This document shows positions 22,470 to 31,348 of a DNA stretch of 32,000 nt, one piece after another; within the stretch, counting starts at the first letter, position 1; each line of letters begins with the position of its first letter. Origin of the DNA: Candidatus Poseidoniaceae archaeon (GTDB taxonomy: Archaea > Thermoplasmatota > Poseidoniia > Poseidoniales > Poseidoniaceae); the NCBI GenBank assembly GCA_943789275.1, contig CALSTM010000003.1:30001-62000 (forward strand). Reading direction: 5' to 3'. A program made the translations under genes and the position numbers. The notes beneath the pieces were generated by a model, which had not been told where the DNA came from, made no database searches, and saw nothing but the letters and a program-made list of their open reading frames with translations.

Positions 22470-24509
22470 TTACTTCTTCAATCCGTGAATCTTACGGGAT
22501 TCATCATTTGCCCAATGGAATGCGAGTTTCAACAATCGCAAGTAGTGTCCAAGTCCATCTTTTTCCATGCGTGAATGGAGTGTTTCGTTTTCGATGAAAA
22601 TATCTCCCCAAAGGTTTGCTGCAGTTCCTTGATTACCTTTCGGTAAGTCGAATACTTCCTTCGTTGCGGGTTCAAGCAGAGAGCGCCAGACGAGGGCTGG
22701 GTTCACGGCCATTGTCACTTCAACGATGATTTCGTTTTCGTTGAGGCCTGTACCGGTTTGCCATGAGTCTTCACCCATATCAGCAAGGAACGGTAGACAG
22801 ACATCCTGAATCGATAGGCTGGTCATTGGGTCGGCGTTGGTCAATGCACTGAATGCCTCACGCATACGTCCTCGGTCTGCTCCTCGTGCGCCGGTAATGT
22901 TTCGTAGCTTGTCAATCGATGTAGGTACGATGAAACGGATGTCTGTGTAGTAGACCATTGGGTTGTCGTCCTTTGATGCAAAGATGTGCGAATATGGTGC
23001 AGCGTCCGCCGTTTCTCCGAGTTCAGAGAGTGGGTAAATTGTCTTGAGAGCATTGGTCGCAATCGATTGAACGCAGCGACGCATCAAGCGGTCAGGTGCT
23101 GCGGAAATATCGTTGAAGGTCTGTATGTACTCATCCATACTCATAACATCATAACCGCGGACTGAAAGAATCGAGTGAACGTTTGGTCCAACTTGCTTCT
23201 TCTCACCGTCATGGAAGTCGGCTTGACTGATCCAGCGAGAACCTTGAGCGACATCGCTTGCAGCAACGAGGTCTGCATACGCCTTGAACCGGCGAGTGAC
23301 TCTGTTCATGAAGTCAGCCTGATCCAGTTTCGTGAACACGGTCGATTCATAGTTCGATTTGAGGGCGTGGTCTGCAACTTGGCTTGCGTTAACGCAGGTC
23401 AACAGGTTCCCTTGGTCGCGAGGATAAACAAGAAGACGTCGTCGCTTTGCTCCGCCACCAAGTCCACCAACCCATGGGTCGGTCAACATGTATCCAAAGG
23501 AGGCACAGACTTCAAACAAACGAGCATATTTGTCTTCGTCGCTAGCACTTGCAATCCATTCGTCCAATCCAGGTTCGATGCAATGGAATTCAAGTGGGAC
23601 CATCTCAGATCCTGCACCAAACATTTGGCGAACGGTTGAAGAGCTCATCATGCCCATCAAACTGTAAAGAGAGGTCTTTCCTGTCGTCATGAAGACATCG
23701 GTAATTCCTTCTTCCCCGAAGGAGAGTCGGCGGTCTGGAAGATTGACAAGCAAATTGAATGCTGTTGGAGATTCCCGGTTGCCGTTGACAGCTGGCCAAA
23801 TCCAAGTTCCAGGTCGAGTCATGATGTAACCGCTGGCGTCCTTGCCGAAACCGGCAGGAGAGTAACGTGTCCATCCAAGTCTGTTGTTGAACGATACGCC
23901 TCTGTGCATCAGTGAAGGATAGTAACATTGGTCCAACGGGTCGGAGTCAGGCACTACACCTCGGTGACCTAAGCCCCAAAGAATTGGTTCCCATTCAGCT
24001 ACTTCGCCCTCTTTTGCCCCGAGAAATGGGTGGTCAACACCAGGCCCGTCTCCAGTTAGGAAAGAGCCCCCCATGCGTTCTTCATCTCCAGTGGAACAGA
24101 AGATGAGCGTCTGAGTTGTCGACAATTGTTTAGGAGTCCACATGTTCGCGTTGATGATTGTCTTCTGTTTGAGAAACTCTGAAACGTTTGAAATCCGTCG
24201 TTCGAACTTGAAGCGTTCAGCTTCAATCCATGTTGAGCCAAGAATGAGGTTTGTATTGAGCAAACGTGCTCTTGCAGGGCCAATGTAACGGACTCGTGGG
24301 TCTGATTTTGTAGTGTCGGAATGTGGAAGTTCTTCCCAAGGCCCTCTTCGAGGAACATACTTGAGGAATGCTTCATGGTCAAATTCGTCGACTTGAGCCT
24401 TTGAGACTGCTTCTTCGACAATGTCCATCAAGCGAACATATGTTTCGCTTGGTCGCATTTGCTTGGTTTCTACGTACGCTTTATTTGATACTGATCGATG
24501 TTCCCACAT
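22470..24509 (-). CDS. Large (679 aa) soluble protein of unknown function
   Basis: ORF 22470..24719. I place the start at ATG 24509 (MWEHRSVSNK...), which has GGTGA 6 nt upstream and lies 10 nt after the upstream stop. The K/Q-rich 70-aa extension is only the alternate frame of the neighbour's poly-E/A tail. No TM segment, signal peptide or convincing catalytic signature recognised. Confidence 0.85.
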   Translation of the reverse strand: MWEHRSVSNKAYVETKQMRPSETYVRLMDIVEEAVSKAQVDEFDHEAFLKYVPRRGPWEELPHSDTTKSDPRVRYIGPARARLLNTNLILGSTWIEAERFKFERRISNVSEFLKQKTIINANMWTPKQLSTTQTLIFCSTGDEERMGGSFLTGDGPGVDHPFLGAKEGEVAEWEPILWGLGHRGVVPDSDPLDQCYYPSLMHRGVSFNNRLGWTRYSPAGFGKDASGYIMTRPGTWIWPAVNGNRESPTAFNLLVNLPDRRLSFGEEGITDVFMTTGKTSLYSLMGMMSSSTVRQMFGAGSEMVPLEFHCIEPGLDEWIASASDEDKYARLFEVCASFGYMLTDPWVGGLGGGAKRRRLLVYPRDQGNLLTCVNASQVADHALKSNYESTVFTKLDQADFMNRVTRRFKAYADLVAASDVAQGSRWISQADFHDGEKKQVGPNVHSILSVRGYDVMSMDEYIQTFNDISAAPDRLMRRCVQSIATNALKTIYPLSELGETADAAPYSHIFASKDDNPMVYYTDIRFIVPTSIDKLRNITGARGADRGRMREAFSALTNADPMTSLSIQDVCLPFLADMGEDSWQTGTGLNENEIIVEVTMAVNPALVWRSLLEPATKEVFDLPKGNQGTAANLWGDIFIENETLHSRMEKDGLGHYLRLLKLAFHWANDESRKIHGLKK

Positions 24510-24519
24510 ATTTTTCACC

Positions 24520-25083
24520 TTAGAATTTCTTTCGTTGTTCGTCTTCTTCTGTCGACGATGGAGTGTCGACGGCCTCGATTGTAGTTTCTTCTGTGCCTTC
24601 TTGTGTTTCGGTTTCTGCCGCTGCTTCTGCTGCTTCTGCTGCTTCTTCTGCCGCTGCTTCTTCTTCCGCCTCAGCAACCATTTCGATGGCGAGTTTTTCT
24701 GCAGATTCTTGGATTTCATCTTCCTTAACCGCTGAAATAATCAATGCAGCTGTTGCTTGCATGGATGCGTCGACATATGGTGCCGCCCTGTAGAAGTACT
24801 GAATCATAGTACCGACCGTGCCGAAAATAGCGCCTAGACCAATGACCCAGCCGTTGTTGATGTTTTGTGTACTGTTATCGCTGTTGAACAATTCAGATGC
24901 TGGGATTCCGGTTTCAGGAGGCCACCATGTTGCACCTGAAGCATTGGTTAGAACTTCGATTGTTGCCCAGACTGCATAAACAATCATGAGTATTGAAATC
25001 CAGTTCACCATAGCACGGTTTTCTAAAAGGAACTTAATCAGCGCCCTTTGGTCGCTTGATGTCGACTTATTGCCATCGGTCAT
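24520..25083 (-). CDS. 2-TM membrane protein with long acidic poly-E/A C-terminal tail
   Basis: 187-aa ORF. TM1 VNWISILMIVYAVWATIEVL, a loop with N-x-S/T sites, TM2 GWVIGLGAIFGTVGTMIQYFY, then the tail AEAEEEAAAEEAAEAAEAAAETETQEGTEE... Confidence 0.8.
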   Translation of the reverse strand: MTDGNKSTSSDQRALIKFLLENRAMVNWISILMIVYAVWATIEVLTNASGATWWPPETGIPASELFNSDNSTQNINNGWVIGLGAIFGTVGTMIQYFYRAAPYVDASMQATAALIISAVKEDEIQESAEKLAIEMVAEAEEEAAAEEAAEAAEAAAETETQEGTEETTIEAVDTPSSTEEDEQRKKF

Positions 25084-25107
25084 AGTAATCCTAAACCACT
25101 TCTACTT

Positions 25108-25134
25108 AAAAAAAAGACCCAGTAGACAACGGGT
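25108..25134 (-). terminator. Hairpin (ACCC-10 nt-GGGT) followed by T8 downstream of the ATPase gene; the T/A tract may double as a TATA-like box for the next gene
   Basis: The minus strand reads ACCCGTTGTCTACTGGGTCTTTTTTTTAAGTAGAAG, starting 25 nt after the ATPase stop. The T8 run ends 24 nt before ATG 25083. Confidence 0.45.
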
Positions 25135-25158
25135 AACGGTCCTTTACAGAACCAATTT

Positions 25159-26517
25159 CTACTTGCGGTTTTTCTTCGATTTGTTCTTGCGGCCTTTGTT
25201 GCCCCGATTGCTGTATTCCCAAGCTCGGCTATCACGGCTGCGTTGCTCGGAAACGTCTTGCCAGTGTTTGTTTTTAGGCATGGATAGAGATTCTGGCATT
25301 TCGTCAAAGGATTCGATATTGAGTTGCATCCCTCCAAGTTCGTCTTGAAGTTGACGAACGTTTTCGCCACCTTTGCCGATTAAGGTTGAAATCATATTTT
25401 GGGGTGCGTAAATTGTCGCACTGGATTCTCCTTTGAATTGGACTTGGCACTGAACACCAACCCATTGTTGAATGATGTGAGTCAATTGGTCTCTGGCGAG
25501 CATCTTTACAGGAGAAATTGCGCCTGCTTTGCGCCCTTCAACCGGGACGACAGCGATTTCTGAACCAAAAGCAAACATTTCGTGGGTGGTTTTACCACTT
25601 GGAAATTCGACCACCTCGATCACGGGGCGTGCAAGCTCTTCCTGCATCCCAGTTGGAGGTTTGACCGTCATGCGCAGTTCGAGAACCTGTTGAATCTGCC
25701 CCGATTCGACATGAATGATGGTGTCAAGAACCTGGCTTACCAATCCGAGTTCAACTTTCCCGATCAATCTTTGAATCGCTTCAAGAGCAGAATTTGCGTG
25801 TGTGACGCCAAGTAAACCGACGCCAGCAAGTCGAACATCGGCAAAAATTTCAAAGTCTCTTGCTCGCCGAACTTCATCGAAAATAACGAAATCTGGACGC
25901 ACAAGGAAAATGATTTCTGCAGTTTTTTCAAGGTCGCCTTCCAGCGGCGCATACTGGGTAATTCGGTCTGCTAATTGCAAATCTCGAGGCGCTTCCATTG
26001 TCTTAACCATGGCCCCGATGTCCGTGTCGAGGTACTCTGCTATCGCTTGTGCTAAAGTGGTCTTTCCGGAACCCGGGCGGCCACAAATAAACACGCCTCT
26101 GTGGTGGTCCGAAAGCCGGTCAATTAGCCGAGAATCGAGTTCATAGTCCTCCAAAGAAAGTTTTGCAACGGGACGAACAATCGTGATTTCCCGAGCATCG
26201 GCAAAAGGAGGCCAAGCACAGGAAATACGCAAGTCACCCAACTGAATTACTTGGCAACCTTTTCGATCAATTTCCAAAAAGCAATCGCTGCGACTGCGGT
26301 TATCTTCGACAAGTTCAACCAATTCTTCTTGGAAGGCCTCAAGTCGTAGCGTATCCCAATTTTGTTCCGATTCAACTTCGACGAGCCTGAGTTCTCCAAT
26401 GGAGCCTTGTTTAACCCTCGGGGGGCAATCGGCCTTGAGAAACACCGTGTGAACCTGGTCCATGAGCAGGTCTTCCAGTGCTTGAGGTAACGCGGGGTGG
26501 TCTCCAAACTTCGCCAT
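25159..26517 (-). CDS. PilT-family ATPase with C-terminal KH domain (COG1855 / PINA-like)
   Basis: QLGDLRISCAWPPFADAREITIVRP, Walker A GRPGSGKTTLAQA, VKTMEAPRDLQ, RPDFVIFDEVRRARDF, LAGVGLLGVTHAN. KH-type GxxG box LIGKGGENVRQLQ. Basic tail RGNKGRKNKSKKNRK. ATG 26517 is preferred over TTG 26565. Confidence 0.88.
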   Translation of the reverse strand: MAKFGDHPALPQALEDLLMDQVHTVFLKADCPPRVKQGSIGELRLVEVESEQNWDTLRLEAFQEELVELVEDNRSRSDCFLEIDRKGCQVIQLGDLRISCAWPPFADAREITIVRPVAKLSLEDYELDSRLIDRLSDHHRGVFICGRPGSGKTTLAQAIAEYLDTDIGAMVKTMEAPRDLQLADRITQYAPLEGDLEKTAEIIFLVRPDFVIFDEVRRARDFEIFADVRLAGVGLLGVTHANSALEAIQRLIGKVELGLVSQVLDTIIHVESGQIQQVLELRMTVKPPTGMQEELARPVIEVVEFPSGKTTHEMFAFGSEIAVVPVEGRKAGAISPVKMLARDQLTHIIQQWVGVQCQVQFKGESSATIYAPQNMISTLIGKGGENVRQLQDELGGMQLNIESFDEMPESLSMPKNKHWQDVSEQRSRDSRAWEYSNRGNKGRKNKSKKNRK

Positions 26518-26578
26518 TGCAATCAGACAGGGTCGAGGAGGGGGGCCTTTCACCCTTCGCCTCAAAATTGCACTTCAT

Positions 26579-26932
26579 TCAGTTGTTCTTTGGTTGAATG
26601 AGTGCGCCGGTCCACCAAAATGAACCGATGAAACACAGTGAAAGAGCGTAAGAGCCAACGGTCGGGAAGTCGAAAACTCGAATACAAATCTCAGCAAAAA
26701 TAGCGATTGATGCAATGAAGCTGAACATGACCAAGACCCCTTCAGCATTCAAACTCAGGGTACTGAATGTAAGGTCTTTTTCTGAGAGGCCCCAAACGAC
26801 AGCCACTAAAGATGAAAGGCCAATGAATGTCATTGCGGCATCCATGGCGCTGTCTTGCAAGAACCAAGTCAGAGCAGCGACAACAAAACTACCGAGGAAC
26901 ATGCGTTGAACGGCGGCGAAAGAAAGGCCCAT
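26579..26932 (-). CDS. Small (117 aa) 4-TM membrane protein, unknown function
   Basis: ORF with four hydrophobic segments. It has 48-nt and 61-nt gaps to same-strand neighbours. Confidence 0.6.
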   Translation of the reverse strand: MGLSFAAVQRMFLGSFVVAALTWFLQDSAMDAAMTFIGLSSLVAVVWGLSEKDLTFSTLSLNAEGVLVMFSFIASIAIFAEICIRVFDFPTVGSYALSLCFIGSFWWTGALIQPKNN

Positions 26933-26980
26933 GATTTTAGCGAAGCGTCAATGATTCTTGAAGACTCGCAAGAACAAGGT

Positions 26981-27958
26981 TCAATTTTCTGCGTATTTGC
27001 CGCTCCACTTTTCAGCACGGGACATTGTATAATGGAGAACCTCTGCTGTTTGTAAGTGAGTTTGAGAATGCAAAATCGACTGTTCCGAACGAGTGAGTAT
27101 CTGCTCATATTGGGATTCGAGAGGAGTTTTAGCTTCAGCCAATGAAACGGGTTTGAATCCCCCTTCCAGCGAACCAATTTCAAGTGCATTCGAGCGTCTA
27201 AAATCAAGGCGGAGGCAATTCCTTGAGCCTTCAACGGTAATCAACGAACGGTCTGTTTGCTCCCATCCAACACGAATTTCAGCGGTTACACCGCCCGTAT
27301 TGTCATTGTGAGGATACCGCATATTGAGGTGGCATTCAGAAGCATCGGCAAGATAGGTTGGTTTCTGCTGATTAAATACGGCGATGTTGTTGAAAAAAGG
27401 CTTCGGGCGAACCCCTGCTAAGAACGGTATTGTGTCAAGGGCGTGGGATGCAAGTCCGTCGATGGCATTGGCAGTTGGGTTTTTGTTACGAGAAGAATAC
27501 TTGACGTACCGTATTGATTTCAGCAAACCGATCTGCCCTTGTTCAATAATCTCTTTCGCAGCAAGAATACTTGGATGATAGCGCAACAGATACCCGGAGT
27601 GAAGCGTTCCGTTGCCAGCATTGGCTTGGTGGATGAGTTCCTTGACACCTTGAGGTGAGGTTGCTATGGGTTTCTCAATGAGAACGTTGAGACCTCGCGA
27701 CAACATGGCTTTGCCCAGAGAAACATGTGTTCTGTTCGGTGTAACCAGCGCAATGAGGTCGAAATGAACCGTGTCACACATTTCCATCCATGCAGTAAAA
27801 CAGCCGTCAATGCTATCAGGCAGTTCATCGAGTCGTTTTTCATCCACATCGCACGCGTAAATCTCTTTCACAAAGCCTGATGCCTTGAGTTTCAACAGCG
27901 TTCGGATGTGAGCAAGGCCCCATCGGCCGCAACCAACAACGCCGACGGTGTAGGTCAT
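26981..27958 (-). CDS. Gfo/Idh/MocA-family NAD(P)-dependent oxidoreductase
   Basis: N-terminal Rossmann VGVVGCGRWGLAH and the family EKP motif (VLIEKPIATS). GAGGA lies 7 nt upstream of the ATG. Confidence 0.85.
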   Translation of the reverse strand: MTYTVGVVGCGRWGLAHIRTLLKLKASGFVKEIYACDVDEKRLDELPDSIDGCFTAWMEMCDTVHFDLIALVTPNRTHVSLGKAMLSRGLNVLIEKPIATSPQGVKELIHQANAGNGTLHSGYLLRYHPSILAAKEIIEQGQIGLLKSIRYVKYSSRNKNPTANAIDGLASHALDTIPFLAGVRPKPFFNNIAVFNQQKPTYLADASECHLNMRYPHNDNTGGVTAEIRVGWEQTDRSLITVEGSRNCLRLDFRRSNALEIGSLEGGFKPVSLAEAKTPLESQYEQILTRSEQSILHSQTHLQTAEVLHYTMSRAEKWSGKYAEN

Positions 27959-28108
27959 GACAAATCCTCAGCGATAGAAAGTTAGCTTCAAAGTGCGGTT
28001 TGGAACGCAGACAAGATGGCCCGATGCATGTGAGGTGTTGAACTGCAATCGGCTCATGTTGTGAACAACTTGTCCTTGAATATCAATCAACCGTTGAGGT
28101 GGATTGCA

Positions 28109-30460
28109 TCACGCTTGATTGGGACTGCTGCCAGAAGATTCGGTGGGTTCTGTTGATTGGCCTTCGCCGCCATCACTGGAGGAGGTGGATTCGCCTTCCT
28201 CGGAGTCGGTCGAAGTGGATTCATCATATGCGTAGTACGATTGGTAAGGATTTGTGTAAGCCAGTTCGATGCTGGCGGATTGTTCCATTGTCGTGAGGTT
28301 CGTAGAAGTGATTCCAGAGGACGATACAGCGTACACGTAGTCGCCCATGAAGATTGAGCGACGAATATTATACTCGTTCCACCAGATCGTATTATCGCCA
28401 CGGTCGTAAAGGCTAGAATGGTCGACTGTTCCATGGACCGATAGATTTCCTGTCTCTTCAGATACATTCACCAAAATCAATTTTGAAACATACTGATAAC
28501 TCCAATGATAGCCGCCGTTCACGTCGGTCCAACTGTTGTATCTGTATGTTGAAAGAGGGATGGCGAGTAAATCCTTTGGAGCCCAATATTGGAAGGCTTT
28601 GTGTTCATACGATGCTTCAGAATACGACCAAACCCAAGCATTGTCTGACGGGTCAGTAACGGGTATGAGCGTGAGCGTGTCATCAACTGCAGGTGCGGAA
28701 GGGTCGCTGATATTGAACAGAGAAAGCCGGGTACTGGACCAATCTAGACCGATTCCATCCTCTCCAGGACCCATTCCAATGGTGAGTAAGTGATCTCGGG
28801 ATAGTGGGTGAATGTAGGTTGAGACGCCGGGTATCTCGAGCTCGCCAAGGATTGTCGGGTTGGTGTGGTCCGACATGTCGATGACCCAGAGCGGGTCAAT
28901 TTGCCGGAAAGTAACCAAATAACAGCGGTCGCCATCAAAACGTGCGCTCCAAATTCGTTCTTCTGGAGCGATGTTGTCAACTCTGCCAACTTCGACAAGA
29001 GTCTGCTGGTCGGTATTTGTATCGACGTTTCGAGTAAATGTAACGACGCTGGAACTCATCGGTTCAGGGTTTTCCATCCACCATCGGGCCCATTGACCTG
29101 AGGTGGTTGCGATCCGAACAATTCCTTCGTATTCTGAAACAGAAAATTGATTGAGAACTGTGCCGTTCACGCGGCCCGATCCTGTGTACAAGGTATCTCC
29201 AGGGTTGGAAATATCAAAACTGTGAATATTGGTTGCTTCTGTCATTCCATCGTTGCCCCAAAACCACCACCAATCCCACGCATTTTCTGTGAGGATGAGA
29301 ACATCTTGTGAAGCGTAAACCATCGGGTAGTTGCCAACAATGTGGTCTGCTTGAAAGTCAAGGTTTTCAGTTGACAAGTCAAAGGTGAATATACTGTTAA
29401 ATCCTCGATTAAAACCGTCTTCTGGCGCTGCAAAATCCGTACATTCGTCATCGCTCATGGTATGGGTGAGCAGTGCGCCATTGACGCGCTCATACACCTT
29501 TGGCAGGAGGTCTTCGAGTGCCATTGATTCGAGTGCTTCGACGTTATCCAACATGGTTTGATACGCCACTTTCTCGCGCACTTCACGGCGAATTGGGTCA
29601 TAGTAATCGAGATTCCAATATCCGGACGGCAAATCCAACCAGTTGCTCACCCCTGGAATATCAAGCCAGGTATGTGTTACCGTTCGGACGGTTGCGTTCA
29701 CTTCTCGGGCCGTCATGTAGTATCCTTCAAGATACAATTCCTTGCCTTCATCCGGAGATGAACGGTTCGTGATATCGAATACTGTAAATTTGGTGAGAGA
29801 GGTTGTTCTCCAAGACCCGTATCCGTCATCCCATCCCATGGCTTGGGAAAGAGGGTCTGTATCCGGCAGATTCCATGTTGACACTGTGGAAATGACAACC
29901 AGCCTATCAGCGTCAAGCATCATTGCCTGAGGTTGCCCTTCAATCGGAGTAGTCGAAAGGTGAGTCAATTCACCAAATTCCGGCACACCAAAGATTTCGA
30001 GATTTTTACCGTTCAAGAAATAGATGTAATAACCGTCTGTTTTTACAAAGTCTGCTTCATCTACACCTTGCTCCTGATTGTTTGTACCGGAATAATCGGT
30101 ACCTTCTGTGCGACGCGTTGTAGGTGCCGAGTTTCCACCTCCGTCAGCCGATTCGGCCATGACCATGTCATCATCCATCCACATGCCGCCGCCATAGTAG
30201 TATTCATCTTTAACCGCTTGAAGAAGTTGAACTCTATACTCTTCTGCTATTGATGATTTAATTGAGTCTTCCAAATCCTCGCAGCTGTCATAGTGTGAAA
30301 GGGTTGGGCTTGCAGCAGTTCTTTGAACAACTGTCGACCAATCATCGGGCAGCGTCACATCAGGTACTTCGACCTCTGCCTCGGGATTGACCATACCCAA
30401 GCATCCTGAAAAAAGAAACAGGGAAACTAAAGAGAGAGCAAGTGCTTTATGTCCTTTCAT
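28109..30460 (-). CDS. Secreted beta-propeller domain protein (COG4880 / Beta_propel family), probable lipoprotein
   Basis: Family-typical blocks FVKTDGYYIYFLNG, QFSVSEYEGIVRIATTS, RCYLVTFRQIDPLWVIDMSDHTNPTILGELEIPGVSTYIHP, LSLFNISDPSAP, EHKAFQYW, GDYVYAVSSSG. Start moved to ATG 30460 (MKGHKALALSLVSLFLFSGC, lipobox-like). S/T/E-rich C-terminal tail. Confidence 0.85.
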   Translation of the reverse strand: MKGHKALALSLVSLFLFSGCLGMVNPEAEVEVPDVTLPDDWSTVVQRTAASPTLSHYDSCEDLEDSIKSSIAEEYRVQLLQAVKDEYYYGGGMWMDDDMVMAESADGGGNSAPTTRRTEGTDYSGTNNQEQGVDEADFVKTDGYYIYFLNGKNLEIFGVPEFGELTHLSTTPIEGQPQAMMLDADRLVVISTVSTWNLPDTDPLSQAMGWDDGYGSWRTTSLTKFTVFDITNRSSPDEGKELYLEGYYMTAREVNATVRTVTHTWLDIPGVSNWLDLPSGYWNLDYYDPIRREVREKVAYQTMLDNVEALESMALEDLLPKVYERVNGALLTHTMSDDECTDFAAPEDGFNRGFNSIFTFDLSTENLDFQADHIVGNYPMVYASQDVLILTENAWDWWWFWGNDGMTEATNIHSFDISNPGDTLYTGSGRVNGTVLNQFSVSEYEGIVRIATTSGQWARWWMENPEPMSSSVVTFTRNVDTNTDQQTLVEVGRVDNIAPEERIWSARFDGDRCYLVTFRQIDPLWVIDMSDHTNPTILGELEIPGVSTYIHPLSRDHLLTIGMGPGEDGIGLDWSSTRLSLFNISDPSAPAVDDTLTLIPVTDPSDNAWVWSYSEASYEHKAFQYWAPKDLLAIPLSTYRYNSWTDVNGGYHWSYQYVSKLILVNVSEETGNLSVHGTVDHSSLYDRGDNTIWWNEYNIRRSIFMGDYVYAVSSSGITSTNLTTMEQSASIELAYTNPYQSYYAYDESTSTDSEEGESTSSSDGGEGQSTEPTESSGSSPNQA

Positions 30461-30512
30461 GGAGATACTATGGAACGCTTGCCTATGAAGGAATTGGTAA
30501 ACTGGTTTTACA

Positions 30513-31313
30513 TTAAGCGATGTTTCGTTGAACGAGAATCTCTTGCCCATTCGTTGTTAATACCCAAGGCGATCGTCTTTTCGGCAGAACCTTCTCGATG
30601 AACGATTCTTCACTTAGAGATTTGATATGGTACGACAGGAGTTGACGGGATAATTGAAGTTGCACAGCTATTTGAGCATTGGAAAGTCCGAGTTGTCCTG
30701 CTTGAGAAAGCGTTTCCAATATAGCGAGGCGGGTGCCAATGACTGGGTGGGCCACCGCTGCTCTTTGCTCGTTCGAAAGATGTGCTGCAGCGTATCGTCG
30801 GAGTTTACCGTCGCGCCATGAAATAATTTTGTTTTGTGCTTCCAACATTTGCAAATGATGTGCAGTTACTCCATTCGCCAGCTGTAACCCATCACGCAAC
30901 GCTGAAAAATGAATGCCTGCGTTACCTTCAACAAAACCGAGAATTCTTCCCTTATTGAGTTCATCATTCCTTGTTTTTTTACTAATGAGTGGTGTAAATA
31001 AAGCCATCAATACGGCGACTTTTACGACCTCAATGATGCCCGTCCCTAGGAACAAAACAGCGAGAATCCCACTCCCTAAACCAATGAAAAGGCTTGACTC
31101 ACTCCCCCGTTCGTCCTGTCTTTCGCTGTACCTTTGTTCAAAGTCATCCTCAGAGGTGGAATCTGCCGCTTCTTCGAAACTTGCTTCTGGATACGGTTCC
31201 GCATCTCCGGTTAAGCCATCGGAAAGAGCAGATGGTTCGTCCATTGAAATTCCGAACATCAACGAAGCGATGGCGGCAATGAGGAAGAAACGTACAACCC
31301 AACTCCCGTTCAT
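30513..31313 (-). CDS. Membrane-tethered transcriptional regulator with two winged-helix (ArsR/MarR-like) domains
   Basis: N-terminal hydrophobic VVRFFLIAAIASLMFGI, an acidic ~55-aa segment, and the hydrophobic block LFIGLGSGILAVLFLGTGIIEVVKVAVLMALF. Then wHTH 1 (ILGFVEGNAGIHFSALRDGLQLANGVTAHHLQMLEAQNKIISWRDGKLRRY) and wHTH 2 (RLAILETLSQAGQLGLSNAQIAVQLQLSRQLLSYHIKSLSEESFIEKV). Confidence 0.75.
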   Translation of the reverse strand: MNGSWVVRFFLIAAIASLMFGISMDEPSALSDGLTGDAEPYPEASFEEAADSTSEDDFEQRYSERQDERGSESSLFIGLGSGILAVLFLGTGIIEVVKVAVLMALFTPLISKKTRNDELNKGRILGFVEGNAGIHFSALRDGLQLANGVTAHHLQMLEAQNKIISWRDGKLRRYAAAHLSNEQRAAVAHPVIGTRLAILETLSQAGQLGLSNAQIAVQLQLSRQLLSYHIKSLSEESFIEKVLPKRRSPWVLTTNGQEILVQRNIA

Positions 31314-31348
31314 ACGCTTGCATCCACCGCGGGCTTTTCAAGAACTTG

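Noticed and set aside
22470-24509. Near-motifs in the 679-aa orphan: TTGKTS (P-loop-like) and SNYES (resembling the copper amine oxidase TPQ N-Y-D/E site)
   Set aside because: The P-loop-like site lacks the leading Gly and has no Walker B partner. No HxH copper ligands follow the NYE site at the expected ~60-residue spacing. Both are most likely chance matches.
24510-24719. K/Q-rich 70-aa N-terminal extension of the 749-aa ORF (KKKQRQKKQQKQQKQRQKPKHKK), which suggested a basic nucleic-acid-binding domain or a programmed frameshift fusion with the upstream gene
   Set aside because: It is the +1 reading of the GAA/GCN-rich codons that encode the upstream protein's poly-E/A tail, so both frames are open only because of low complexity. 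A good ATG with GGTGA lies 10 nt after the upstream stop. I saw no slippery site.
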